Below, piece by piece: positions 1 through 8,476 of a stretch of 64,000 nt of DNA. The DNA lies in the NCBI GenBank assembly GCA_037441365.1, contig JBBISG010000002.1, forward strand, positions 7,462-71,461, in the 5' to 3' direction. Under the pieces are notes generated by a model, which was not told where the DNA came from, did not search any database, and was given only the letters and a program-made list of their open reading frames with translations. Source of the stretch: Nitrospirota bacterium (GTDB lineage: Bacteria > Nitrospirota > Thermodesulfovibrionia > Thermodesulfovibrionales > UBA9159). Position 1 is the stretch's first letter; each line of letters begins with the position of its first letter. The position numbers and the translations under genes were made by a program.

Positions 1-693
1 CTTAAAGATCTGATAGATTCTGCACGGGCTGTAATAAATGAACTGGCCCAGAACAGGATACAGGATGCGAGAAAAAAATTAGGCATGATAGTCGGAAGGG
101 ACACAGATTCTCTTGATGAAAAAAGAATCCTTATGGCAACCATCGAGACCGTCTCTGAAAATCTCTCTGACGGGGTAATAGCGCCCCTGTTTTACCTCTC
201 AATTGGGGGGCTTCCTCTTGCAATGACATACAAGGCCATAAACACAATGGATTCCATGCTCGGTTATAAAGATGAAAGGTACAGGTATCTTGGATGGGCA
301 GCAGCAAGGCTCGATGATATGGCAAACTACATACCCTCAAGGATAACCGGATGGTTGATAGTGGCGTCTGTATCAGCCCTCACATTTTTTAAAGATACCC
401 GCCGCACACTGACCATCGCTCACCGGTCGATCATGATTATGCTCCGCGACGGTAAAAAACATCTAAGTCCGAATGCGGGAATCCCTGAAGCGGCTGTAGC
501 AGGCGCTATCGGTGTCAGGCTCGGTGGGGCTTCCACATATAGAGGCGTCCTTGTAGAAAAACCATATATCGGATACGATATGAGCGAGGATTATTTTGCT
601 GCCTTTGACAGCACAATAAATATTGTAAGGGTTGCGTCATTGATAGGCGTTATAACAGCGGCAATGATTTTATACATGAGGGGAGCTATATGA
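1..693 (+). CDS. cbiB: adenosylcobinamide-phosphate synthase CbiB, C-terminal part (5' end lies outside the window)
   Basis: Frame 1 is open from nt 1 (LKDLIDSARAVINELAQNRIQDARKKLGMIVGRDT...). The family-typical stretch is VGRDTDSLDEKRILMATIETVSENLSDGVIAPLFY...YLGWAAARLDDMANYIPSRITG. Stop at 691-693 overlaps the next ATG (ATGA). Confidence 0.85.
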   Translation, partial: LKDLIDSARAVINELAQNRIQDARKKLGMIVGRDTDSLDEKRILMATIETVSENLSDGVIAPLFYLSIGGLPLAMTYKAINTMDSMLGYKDERYRYLGWAAARLDDMANYIPSRITGWLIVASVSALTFFKDTRRTLTIAHRSIMIMLRDGKKHLSPNAGIPEAAVAGAIGVRLGGASTYRGVLVEKPYIGYDMSEDYFAAFDSTINIVRVASLIGVITAAMILYMRGAI

Positions 694-1979
694 ACAGGAC
701 ATGGAGTCCAGAAATGGGGTCCCCAGAAAGTCGCAGACTTTCTGGGGCAGAGAGTCAAGTTGCATACCCCTTAGAAATCCACCATTCCCTGTCGATGCAG
801 GGGTGTGGTGAAACCGATGGGATGTCTGGCTCGTGCGGATACCCCAAAAAATCTTCGATTTTTTGGGGACCCCATGGTCTCAGCGATTATGATATAGAGC
901 ATGGAGGCAATATATACAGGGCATCAGAAGAATTGGGCGTGCCCGAAGGCGGCATAATTGATTTCAGCGCATCCATAAACCCCCTCGGCGTTCCCTGGTC
1001 GGTGATCACCGAGGTCATGAACAATATCAGATCGCTGCGCCATTACCCTGACCCCGATGCAAAACGACTCAGGCAGGAGATCGCAAAATACCACAATGTC
1101 GAACCAGAATCAATCGTCTGCGGTAACGGCAGCACCGAATTGATATATCTTATCGTAAGGGCGCTGAGGCCTGATGCTGTTTTAATCCCGGCACCAACAT
1201 TCTCAGAATATGAAAAGGCATGCAGGATGAGTGATAATCGGGTAGTAACGGAGTACAAGCTGAAGAAAGAAGAATCCTTCGATATAAATCCTGACCGGTT
1301 TATCGAAGAATTGAAAAGACTTGCCGCATGCCACTCCTCACCAGGCACTAATATTATGGCGTTTCTCTGCAATCCCAACAACCCTACAGGCAGGCTGCTC
1401 AAAAGATCCGATATAATGAAGATCGCCGATGCCTCAAAAATGCTGAGGTGTTATCTTGTTGTTGACGAGGCATTTGTAGATTTTGCGCCGGAGGAGAGCG
1501 TAATCAAAGATGTCGGGGGAAACCCGTATCTGATCGTCCTTAGATCAATGACAAAGTTTTATGCCCTTGCCGGCCTGAGGCTCGGCTATGGGATATTCCC
1601 ATCAAGCCTTCTGAAGGTCATGCATCAGCATAAGGAACCATGGACGGTAAATACCCTTGCACAGACGGCTGGAATAACTGCAATAAATGACAATGGCTAC
1701 AGAAATGAGACATTCAGAATTATCAGGCAGGAAAAACAGTTCATGGAGAGTGGATTTAAAAAACTCGGGATAGATTATATCCCTTCATCAGTCAATTATT
1801 ATCTGATAAGATCGGGCAATGCAGAGAGGGTGATCACCTCACTCCGCAATAAAGGCATCCTTGTGCGGAAATGTTCCAATTTCTCGGGGCTTGACGAATC
1901 CTACATCAGGGTTGCAGTTAGATCCCGAAGGGATAATGCCCGTTTGCTTAAGGAGTTCTCCTTATGTCTAAAGGCATAG
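690..1979 (+). CDS. cobD: L-threonine-O-3-phosphate decarboxylase (class I/II aminotransferase fold; Salmonella CobD / CobC type). The ~65-aa N-terminal extension contains two palindromic elements
   Basis: HGGNIYRASEELGVPEGGIIDFSASINPLG, NPNNPTG and the PLP-lysine context RSMTKFYALAGLRLGY. ATGA coupling to cbiB supports the 690 start. The catalytic core begins near nt 890. Confidence 0.8.
   Translation: MNRTWSPEMGSPESRRLSGAESQVAYPLEIHHSLSMQGCGETDGMSGSCGYPKKSSIFWGPHGLSDYDIEHGGNIYRASEELGVPEGGIIDFSASINPLGVPWSVITEVMNNIRSLRHYPDPDAKRLRQEIAKYHNVEPESIVCGNGSTELIYLIVRALRPDAVLIPAPTFSEYEKACRMSDNRVVTEYKLKKEESFDINPDRFIEELKRLAACHSSPGTNIMAFLCNPNNPTGRLLKRSDIMKIADASKMLRCYLVVDEAFVDFAPEESVIKDVGGNPYLIVLRSMTKFYALAGLRLGYGIFPSSLLKVMHQHKEPWTVNTLAQTAGITAINDNGYRNETFRIIRQEKQFMESGFKKLGIDYIPSSVNYYLIRSGNAERVITSLRNKGILVRKCSNFSGLDESYIRVAVRSRRDNARLLKEFSLCLKA
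716..750 (+). repeat. P-element copy P1 (palindromic ~35-nt element), inside the cobD 5' region
   Basis: GGGGTCCCCAGAAAGTC-GCA-GACTTTCTGGGGCAG, translated as GSPESRRLSGA. Confidence 0.8.
841..873 (-). repeat. P-element copy P2, opposite orientation, inside the cobD 5' region
   Basis: ACCCCAAAAAATC-TTC-GATTTTTTGGGGACCCC, translated as YPKKSSIFWGP. Confidence 0.85.
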
Positions 1980-3394
1980 TAATAGCAGGCACACATAGCG
2001 GATGCGGGAAGACGACCATAACGCTTGGACTTATGGCTGCCTTAAAGAAAAGAGGGCTGAAGGTCCAGCCGTTCAAGGCAGGTCCTGATTTTATAGACGC
2101 CGGGCTTCACAGGATGGTGACGGGCAGACCTTCAAGGAATCTCGATTTATGGATGTGCGGTGAGGAATATGTGAAGGATTGTTTTTATAAATACTCGCAG
2201 GATGCGGATATGGCGATAATTGAAGGTGTAATGGGAATGTATGACGGCGAATGCAGCACTGCAAAACTGGCAGGACTGCTTAACCTGCCTGTGATTTTAG
2301 TTGTCGATGCCTATGGCATGGCTGAAAGCGCAGGGGCGTTAGTTCAAGGGTTTAGGGATTTGGGATTTGGGATTAGTAAAAAAGCTAACCCCCAGTCCCT
2401 AACCCCTAATCCCTTAGTGGGTGTTATCTTCAACCGTGTTGCATCGGAGAGACATTATGAAAGACTCAAACGCAGTATCCGCAATGTGAAAGTTCTCGGT
2501 TATCTGCCAAGAGACTTGAACTTCGAGATTCCTCACAGGCACCTTGGATTGACCGTTGTAGAAGAGAATCCTCTTGCTGAAGAAAATATGCAAAGGCTTG
2601 CAGACGCAGTTTTGAAGCATATTAATACTGATTTACTTTTAAATATTGCAAGCACACCCCGGCCACTCCACCCCCTTCCCCCTCCGCCCCTGCAGTACTT
2701 CACCGCTTCACCATTAATCGCAGTCGCTTACGACAGGGCATTCAGTTTTTACTACGAGGACAACCTCGATTTGCTGAGAGATGCTGGCGCTGAAATAGTA
2801 GTGTTCAGTCCTATCGCTAATGTATCGGTCCCTGCTGATGCAGATGCCCTTTACATCGGAGGGGGTTATCCTGAGCTTTATGCAAGGGAATTATCTGAAA
2901 ACAGTTCTATGCTTAAGTCTATTAATGAATGGGCAGATTCTAAAAGGCCCATTTATGCTGAATGCGGGGGGCTTATGTATCTGTCAAGGGGCATTTATGA
3001 CCCTGACGGGAACTTTTTCCCGATGGCCGGGATATTCTCCTTTGAAACACGGATGAAAAAAGAGAGGGCACATCTGGGCTACAGGGAGATACTTTTAAAA
3101 GAAGACTGCATACTCGGCAAGAAGGGCGAACGATTAAGGGGGCACGAGTTTCATTATTCGGAGATAGTTGACAACAACTATGAGTCAGGGGTTATGAGTT
3201 ATGAGTTAAAAAACGAAAAGAACTCCAGCCCCCTGAATTGTTACTCGTTACTTCACGGTAATCGTGATGAAGGATATGTATTTAAAAATACCCTTGCAAG
3301 CTATGTGCACGTCCATTTCGGGAGCAACCCATGCATTGCACAGAACTTCGTAAATTTCATATCGCAGGAGAGTAAATGGAAATGGAAAACATAA
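1964..3394 (+). CDS. cbiA: cobyrinate a,c-diamide synthase (CbiA/CobB) with in-frame hairpin-repeat insertions
   Basis: N-terminal P-loop GTHSGCGKTTITLGLMAAL..QPFKAGPDFID. C-terminal glutamine amidotransferase part has YAECGGLMYL and GHEFHYS. Confidence 0.85.
   Translation: MSKGIVIAGTHSGCGKTTITLGLMAALKKRGLKVQPFKAGPDFIDAGLHRMVTGRPSRNLDLWMCGEEYVKDCFYKYSQDADMAIIEGVMGMYDGECSTAKLAGLLNLPVILVVDAYGMAESAGALVQGFRDLGFGISKKANPQSLTPNPLVGVIFNRVASERHYERLKRSIRNVKVLGYLPRDLNFEIPHRHLGLTVVEENPLAEENMQRLADAVLKHINTDLLLNIASTPRPLHPLPPPPLQYFTASPLIAVAYDRAFSFYYEDNLDLLRDAGAEIVVFSPIANVSVPADADALYIGGGYPELYARELSENSSMLKSINEWADSKRPIYAECGGLMYLSRGIYDPDGNFFPMAGIFSFETRMKKERAHLGYREILLKEDCILGKKGERLRGHEFHYSEIVDNNYESGVMSYELKNEKNSSPLNCYSLLHGNRDEGYVFKNTLASYVHVHFGSNPCIAQNFVNFISQESKWKWKT
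2353..2413. repeat. H-element H1: hairpin with heptamer-repeat arms, in-frame in cbiA
   Basis: TAGGGAT TTGGGAT TTGGGAT TAG - loop TAAAAAAG - CTAACCC CCAGTCC CTAACCC CTAATCC C. Translated as DLGFGISKKANPQSLTPNPL. Confidence 0.8.
3179..3265. repeat. H-element H2, in-frame in cbiA
   Basis: Left arm GAGTCAG GGGTTAT GAGTTAT GAGTT. A-rich loop AAAAAACGAAAAG. The right arm contains CCCCTGA and TTACTCG TTACTTC and is imperfectly complementary. Confidence 0.6.
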
Positions 3395-4389
3395 TACTCA
3401 TAGGACACGGCAGCCCCAAAAGAAGTGCAAATAATATTGAACTTGTAGGAAGGCTCTTACATGCTGCAATCCATCCAGATTGCGAGAACGGCTGTGTAAG
3501 GGTTGCGTATCTGCAGTTTGCAGAACCTGATCTTAGAGCCGCCATTAAAGAGAGTGTTCGTGATGGGGCCAGAAGGATAATAATACATCCATACTTTCTG
3601 AGCAGTGGCATGCATGTCACAAAAGACATACCTGAGATAATAAAAGAGGCAAAGGATATGTATCCTGACGCGGAATTTATTTATACAGAGCCTCTTGGTA
3701 TCCACGAAAAATTGGTTCAGGTTATAGCGGAAAGGATTCTATCAGCAAAGGGGTCAGGACCGCAGGACATCGAGAAGAGAAGCTTTGAGATAATCTCAGA
3801 GGAACTCGATTTAAGGAACGTCCCCCCTGAACGGATGCCGATCATAAAGAGGGTGATACACGCAACTGCCGATTTTGAATTCCGCGATACACTCATTTTC
3901 CATCCCGATGCAATAAAGAGTGGCATTGAGTCGATAAGGTCTGGAAAAGATATCCTGACCGATATTGAGATGGTTAAGACCGGAATAATCAAACGGTGGC
4001 TCGAACCCTTTGGCGGAAAGGTAATATGCAATATTAATGACGAGGATGTTATAAGGCTCTCAAAGGAAACAGGAAAGACTCGCTCGGAGATTGCAGTTGA
4101 AAAAGCATTAAATGAAAACAATAGTATTGGCATCATCGCCATTGGCAATGCACCAACAGCCTTACTGAAAGTCGTTGAGATTTTAAGTTCCCACAACACT
4201 CCAATACTCCATCACTCCGTTCCCCTTGTTATCGGCGTGCCTGTCGGTTTTGTTAAGGCATTGGAATCAAAGGTACTGCTCTCGTCACAGAGATTTCCCT
4301 TTATTACAAATCTCAGCAGAAAGGGAGGGACACCGGTTGCAGTCGCAATCGTTAATGCATTATTAAAGATGGCAAAGGAGGAAGCATGA
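3376..4389 (+). CDS. fusion protein: small CbiX-type sirohydrochlorin cobaltochelatase (N-terminal ~125 aa) plus cobalt-precorrin-8 methylmutase CbiC/CobH (C-terminal ~210 aa)
   Basis: N part: ILIGHGSPKRS...RIIIHPYFLSSGMHVTKDIPEII. C part: IIKRVIHATADFEF...IIAIGNAPTALL...VIGVPVGFV...RKGGTPVAVAIVNALL. Confidence 0.75.
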   Translation: MEMENIILIGHGSPKRSANNIELVGRLLHAAIHPDCENGCVRVAYLQFAEPDLRAAIKESVRDGARRIIIHPYFLSSGMHVTKDIPEIIKEAKDMYPDAEFIYTEPLGIHEKLVQVIAERILSAKGSGPQDIEKRSFEIISEELDLRNVPPERMPIIKRVIHATADFEFRDTLIFHPDAIKSGIESIRSGKDILTDIEMVKTGIIKRWLEPFGGKVICNINDEDVIRLSKETGKTRSEIAVEKALNENNSIGIIAIGNAPTALLKVVEILSSHNTPILHHSVPLVIGVPVGFVKALESKVLLSSQRFPFITNLSRKGGTPVAVAIVNALLKMAKEEA

Positions 4390-5144
4390 GAATTAAAGTT
4401 TCAAAGTTCAAGGTTCAAAGTATCTGTACTGCTCTGTTGCTTTTACTTCCTGTCTGTGAGGCCCATGCGATGCACATATCAGAGGGGATACTGCCCTTCG
4501 ACTGGGCAGCGTTGTGGACTGTAATTGCAATCCCATTTGTAGCATACGGACTATATAAGCTAAAGAAGCTCTCTGCCATTGATCTGTCTTTCAAACCCCT
4601 TGTGGGATTGATGGCAGCAGTCGTCTTTATCATCTCCTGCATGCCTATACCTGTGCCGACTGCAGGCACATGCTCACATCCATGCGGAACCGGGATATCA
4701 GGGATACTCGTGGGTCCTGCAATAAGCATATTGATAACTGCTGTTGCCCTTCTAATTCAGGCGCTCTTTCTTGCTCACGGTGGTCTCAGCACATGGGGAG
4801 CGGACATAGTATCAATGGGCGTGATCGGCTCATTTGCAGGATATCTTACCTTCAGGGGATTGAGGGCGTTAAAGGCTAATCTCTGGATTGCAGGCTTCAT
4901 GGCAGGTCTCTTTGCAGACTGGGCAACATATCTGACAACATCTGTTGAACTTGCCTCAGGCATAAAAGGTGATTCGCCGTTCATGCCTCTTTTCTGGAAG
5001 ATACTTATCGCCTTTATACCGACACAGCTTCCATTAGGAATCCTTGAAGGCGCAATGACAGCAGGCATGGTTGTCCTGCTTTATAAGAAAAGACCTGACC
5101 TTCTTGTGAAGATGCGGGTATTAAAGCCAAAGGAGGCGATATGA
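4386..5144 (+). CDS. cbiM: cobalt ECF-type transporter substrate component CbiM
   Basis: Signal peptide ending AHA is followed by MHISEGILP, the conserved mature N-terminus of CbiM. Multiple TM segments. ATGA overlap with the upstream gene. Confidence 0.85.
   Translation: MRIKVSKFKVQSICTALLLLLPVCEAHAMHISEGILPFDWAALWTVIAIPFVAYGLYKLKKLSAIDLSFKPLVGLMAAVVFIISCMPIPVPTAGTCSHPCGTGISGILVGPAISILITAVALLIQALFLAHGGLSTWGADIVSMGVIGSFAGYLTFRGLRALKANLWIAGFMAGLFADWATYLTTSVELASGIKGDSPFMPLFWKILIAFIPTQLPLGILEGAMTAGMVVLLYKKRPDLLVKMRVLKPKEAI
4395..4422. repeat. H-type tandem heptamers (single arm) at the cbiM 5' end
   Basis: AAAGTTT CAAAGTT CAAGGTT CAAAGTA, encoding KVSKFKVQS of the signal-peptide n-region. Confidence 0.6.
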
Positions 5145-5473
5145 AGTTAAAAGTTGAAAGTTTAAAATTTAAAGTTAAAAGTTATGGCGTTATATTTTTG
5201 TTTATTTTTTCATTGTTAGCTGTTCACTGTTCACTTGCAACCGCTGCTGACAAATGGCCTGGTGTTGATGAGTCGGTTGTAGAGAAATACGCAAAAGAGC
5301 ATGGCAGAGAGGCGATGACGCCCTTAATAAACACTGACCAGGGAGACCTCCTTCTCTTTGTCTTCCTGCTTGCAGGCTCTGTTGGCGGTTTTGTAGCAGG
5401 ATACTACTGGAGGGAACTGATAGTCAAAGGACAGCGAGATGATAGTTGCGAAAAACAAAAGATAAAGACATAA
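5141..5473 (+). CDS. cbiN: small membrane component CbiN-like
   Basis: 110 aa with two hydrophobic segments. The loop ...GVDESVVEKYAKEHGREAMTPLINTDQGDLLLFVFLLAGSVGGFVAGYY resembles CbiN. Sits between cbiM and cbiQ. ATGA overlap with cbiM. Confidence 0.65.
   Translation: MKLKVESLKFKVKSYGVIFLFIFSLLAVHCSLATAADKWPGVDESVVEKYAKEHGREAMTPLINTDQGDLLLFVFLLAGSVGGFVAGYYWRELIVKGQRDDSCEKQKIKT
5144..5187. repeat. H-type tandem heptamers (single arm) at the cbiN 5' end
   Basis: GTTAAAA GTTGAAA GTTTAAA ATTTAAA GTTAAAA GTTATGG, encoding KLKVESLKFKVKSYG. Confidence 0.65.
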
Positions 5474-5483
5474 AGGGATAAAG

Positions 5484-6236
5484 GTGGAATTATTTTCAGA
5501 CTACTTTAAAAAGGATCATCTACTTTCAAAGGTTGATGCAAGGCTAAAGCTTATTGTCAGCCTCACCCTTCTGGGAATGATTCTAAGCTATAAGGGATTT
5601 ACCCTTCCTCTGCTTGTGACACTGCTCTGTTTGCTGCTCTGTTTAAGGATGCGGATACCCTTAAGGGTCTTTGCCCTCAGGTTTTCAGAGCCGTTGTTCA
5701 TTATCTCGGTGATCCTTATTTTAAAGGTCTTATTCTCAGGGGAGGACATCCTGTTTTCCATCAGCATATTCGGCGCCAACATTGTTGGACATAAAGACGG
5801 GTTACGGGATGGACTCATGATAGGAAGCAGAATAATAGGCGCAGTATCGGTAGTTGCAGTAATGGGATTTTCCACGCCCTTCACAGAGATTATGGCAGCC
5901 CTTTCATGGATGAGGGTTCCGAAGGGGTTCATAGAGATACTCATGTTTGCCTACCGGTATATCTTTGTCCTTCTTGAAGATGCAATGGTAATTTACAATG
6001 CACAGAAAAATCGTCTCGGTTATTCCAGCATAAAAAAGGGTTTAAACTCTTTCGGAACACTTACCGGCTCTCTTATTATCAAGGCATTTGAGCAAAGCCA
6101 GAATATTACAACTGCGATGATTCAAAGGGGATACGAAGGAAATATGCCAATGCTGAAACATAGACCATTCAGGCCTTCAGAAATTGCCGTTTCAGTCCTA
6201 TTAATAATTGTGCTGGGGTTTGTATGGAAAATATAA
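5484..6236 (+). CDS. cbiQ: ECF transporter transmembrane (T) component CbiQ
   Basis: 250 aa polytopic protein. The C-terminal part ...AYRYIFVLLEDAMVIYNAQKNRLGY... is typical of CbiQ/EcfT. Position between cbiN and cbiO. Confidence 0.8.
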   Translation: MELFSDYFKKDHLLSKVDARLKLIVSLTLLGMILSYKGFTLPLLVTLLCLLLCLRMRIPLRVFALRFSEPLFIISVILILKVLFSGEDILFSISIFGANIVGHKDGLRDGLMIGSRIIGAVSVVAVMGFSTPFTEIMAALSWMRVPKGFIEILMFAYRYIFVLLEDAMVIYNAQKNRLGYSSIKKGLNSFGTLTGSLIIKAFEQSQNITTAMIQRGYEGNMPMLKHRPFRPSEIAVSVLLIIVLGFVWKI

Positions 6237-7168
6237 CAAGAACAGACAACACAGCCCCACCTACCCATCCCTCTCCCTCGAGGGGGGAGGGTAAGGGAAA
6301 GGGTGAAAGTCCGGGGTCTGCTGTCCGGGCTCTGGATTCTGTTAGGTTAGCCGTTAAAATAAATTCATTCAAATATCCTGATGGGACTCGTGCGCTGTCT
6401 GATATCACGTTTGATGTATCGCATGGCGAATTTATCGGTATACTCGGCTCAAATGGTTCTGGAAAGACAACACTGCTTAAAGTAATGGACGGCCTGATGA
6501 AAGATTTTGAAGGCAATGTTTATCTTGACGGAGTTGACATAAAAAAACTTTCTCCAAAGGAGATTTACAAAAAGGTCGGACTCGTCTTCCAAAACCCCGA
6601 TGACCAGCTCTTTGCCTCAACGGTCTTTGAGGATGTTGCATTCGGGCCGAGAAATATGGGATTTTCTGAAAGTGATGTAGTAAGCCGTGTATGGAATGCC
6701 CTGAGCGCTGTTGAAATGGAGGCCCACTCTAAAAAATCCATCCATAACCTGAGTTTTGGACAGAAGAAAAGGGTCTGCATTGCAGGCCTTCTGGCAATGG
6801 GGCATGAAATATTACTGCTTGACGAGCCGACTGCTGGATTAGACCCGATGGGGGAGTATAAGATGATGAACCTCCTCACAAAATTAAACAAAGACAAGGG
6901 GGTAACCACTGTTATGGCAACGCACAGCGTTGACCTTGTGCCCTTATTTCTGGACAGGCTTTATATCTTGAGCAGAGGGGGCATTGTGAGGGGTGGATAC
7001 CCGGAGGATGTCTTTCAGGCGCCAGAGGAAATGGAGAATGTAAAACTCAGGCTTCCCCAGATCGCAGAGCTCGTATGGAGGCTGAAACATGAAGACAATA
7101 TGCCCTTTGAAAGGATTCCGCTCACCGTGGGTGAGGCGAGAAGGGAGATTGTAAGGTTATATGCGTAA
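6224..7168 (+). CDS. cbiO: cobalt ECF transporter ATPase CbiO, with ~40-aa repeat-derived N-terminal extension
   Basis: Walker A GSNGSGKTT, signature LSFGQKKR, Walker B ILLLDEPTAGLD. The 13-nt overlap with cbiQ supports the ATG at 6224. Confidence 0.85.
   Translation: MENITRTDNTAPPTHPSPSRGEGKGKGESPGSAVRALDSVRLAVKINSFKYPDGTRALSDITFDVSHGEFIGILGSNGSGKTTLLKVMDGLMKDFEGNVYLDGVDIKKLSPKEIYKKVGLVFQNPDDQLFASTVFEDVAFGPRNMGFSESDVVSRVWNALSAVEMEAHSKKSIHNLSFGQKKRVCIAGLLAMGHEILLLDEPTAGLDPMGEYKMMNLLTKLNKDKGVTTVMATHSVDLVPLFLDRLYILSRGGIVRGGYPEDVFQAPEEMENVKLRLPQIAELVWRLKHEDNMPFERIPLTVGEARREIVRLYA
6255..6309. repeat. H-element H5 at the cbiO 5' end
   Basis: CACCTAC CCATCCC TCTCCCT C-GA-GGGGGGA GGGTAAG GGAAAGG GTGAAAG. 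Translated as PPTHPSPSRGEGKGKGES. Confidence 0.75.
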
Positions 7169-7679
7169 AGGTTATATACAGGTATATACAGGTAATGGAA
7201 AAGGAAAGACCACTGCAGCGGTAGGGCTTGCTGTAAGGGCAGCAGGTGCTGGTCTCAGGGTATTATTTGCTCAGTTTATAAAAAAGAGAAGGTGCAGCGA
7301 ACACAAGGCCCTTGAGAGATTCAGCGACCTCATTACCGTCAGGCAGTATGGAACGGGTTTTATAAGGGGAAGGAGGCCCTCAAGGGCAGCAAGGTCTTTA
7401 TCAGAGAAAGGACTTGAGGATGCAAGAGAGGAGGTGGTCTCAGGACAGTACGACATCGTTATCCTTGACGAGATAAATGTGGCAATTAATCGCGGGCTTA
7501 TCGATCTTGAAGATGTCATCTCGATGCTGGACAGCAAACCTCCGAATGTTGAGCTTGTTCTTACAGGCAGATATGCCCACAGCAGGATCATAAGAAAGGC
7601 TGACCTTGTTACAGAGATGAAGAAGGTCAAACATTATATGGATAAAGGTGTAAAGGCAAGAATAGGAATTGAAAAGTGA
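7161..7679 (+). CDS. cobO: cob(I)yrinic acid a,c-diamide adenosyltransferase (CobO/CobA/BtuR type)
   Basis: GYIQVYTGNGKGKTTAAVGLAVRAAGAGLRVLFAQFIK and DIVILDEINVAI. Confidence 0.85.
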   Translation: MRKGYIQVYTGNGKGKTTAAVGLAVRAAGAGLRVLFAQFIKKRRCSEHKALERFSDLITVRQYGTGFIRGRRPSRAARSLSEKGLEDAREEVVSGQYDIVILDEINVAINRGLIDLEDVISMLDSKPPNVELVLTGRYAHSRIIRKADLVTEMKKVKHYMDKGVKARIGIEK

Positions 7680-8463
7680 GAGGTCAAAAGTGAGGAAGAT
7701 ATATCTCATCGGTATAGGTCCGGGTGATCCGCAGTATCTGACGCAGCAGGCAGTAGAGATAATGAGAAATGTCGATGTGTTTTTTATCCTTGAAAAGGGG
7801 TCTGAGAAGAACAGAGAGCTTGTGAGGATCAGAAAGGGGATCCTTGAAAGATATCTGCCTGACAGGAATTACAGGATTGTCACGGCGAAGATCCCTGATA
7901 GAAGTAGAGGCGGCAAGGAGTTTGAGATATATAGGGGAAGGGTTGACTCATGGCGTAAACAGAAGGCTGAAATCCTGGCCGGCCTGATCAAGGATGGGAT
8001 GAATGACGGAGAGACTGCTGCCATACTGATCTGGGGTGACCCATCTCTTTATGACGGACATATAGAGATATTAGATTATATACTCAGACAGAAAAAGATA
8101 GATCTTGAATTTGAGGTCATACCGGGTATAACGAGCATACAGGTGCTTACTGCCAGGCATAAGATACCGCTGAATCAGATAGGTGAAGGCATTGTGATAA
8201 CTACATCGAGGGGTCTCAAGGAACTCCTCCCCTCAGAGGTCAGCAATAATGTAGTCTTACTTGATAACTATCTGACCTACAGAAATTTCAGGGAAACAGA
8301 TCTCTATATATACTGGGGGGCCTATCTCGGCAGCCCTGATGAGATCATCCTTTCAGGAAAAGTGAATGATATCCTTGATGACCTTATAAGGACAAGAAAT
8401 GAGGCAAAAAAGAAAAAGGGCTGGATCATGGAGACATACATCCTGAGGAGGCATAGGGAGTGA
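7669..8463 (+). CDS. cobF: precorrin-6A synthase (deacetylating) CobF-like tetrapyrrole methylase. The start may be the GTG at 7690
   Basis: RKIYLIGIGPGDP...VDVFFILEKG...WGDPSLYD...VIPGITS...IYWGAYLGSPDEIILSGKV...GWIMETYILRR matches my recollection of Pseudomonas denitrificans CobF over its full length. Confidence 0.7.
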   Translation: MKSERSKVRKIYLIGIGPGDPQYLTQQAVEIMRNVDVFFILEKGSEKNRELVRIRKGILERYLPDRNYRIVTAKIPDRSRGGKEFEIYRGRVDSWRKQKAEILAGLIKDGMNDGETAAILIWGDPSLYDGHIEILDYILRQKKIDLEFEVIPGITSIQVLTARHKIPLNQIGEGIVITTSRGLKELLPSEVSNNVVLLDNYLTYRNFRETDLYIYWGAYLGSPDEIILSGKVNDILDDLIRTRNEAKKKKGWIMETYILRRHRE

Positions 8464-8476
8464 AGGAGAGGCTGAT

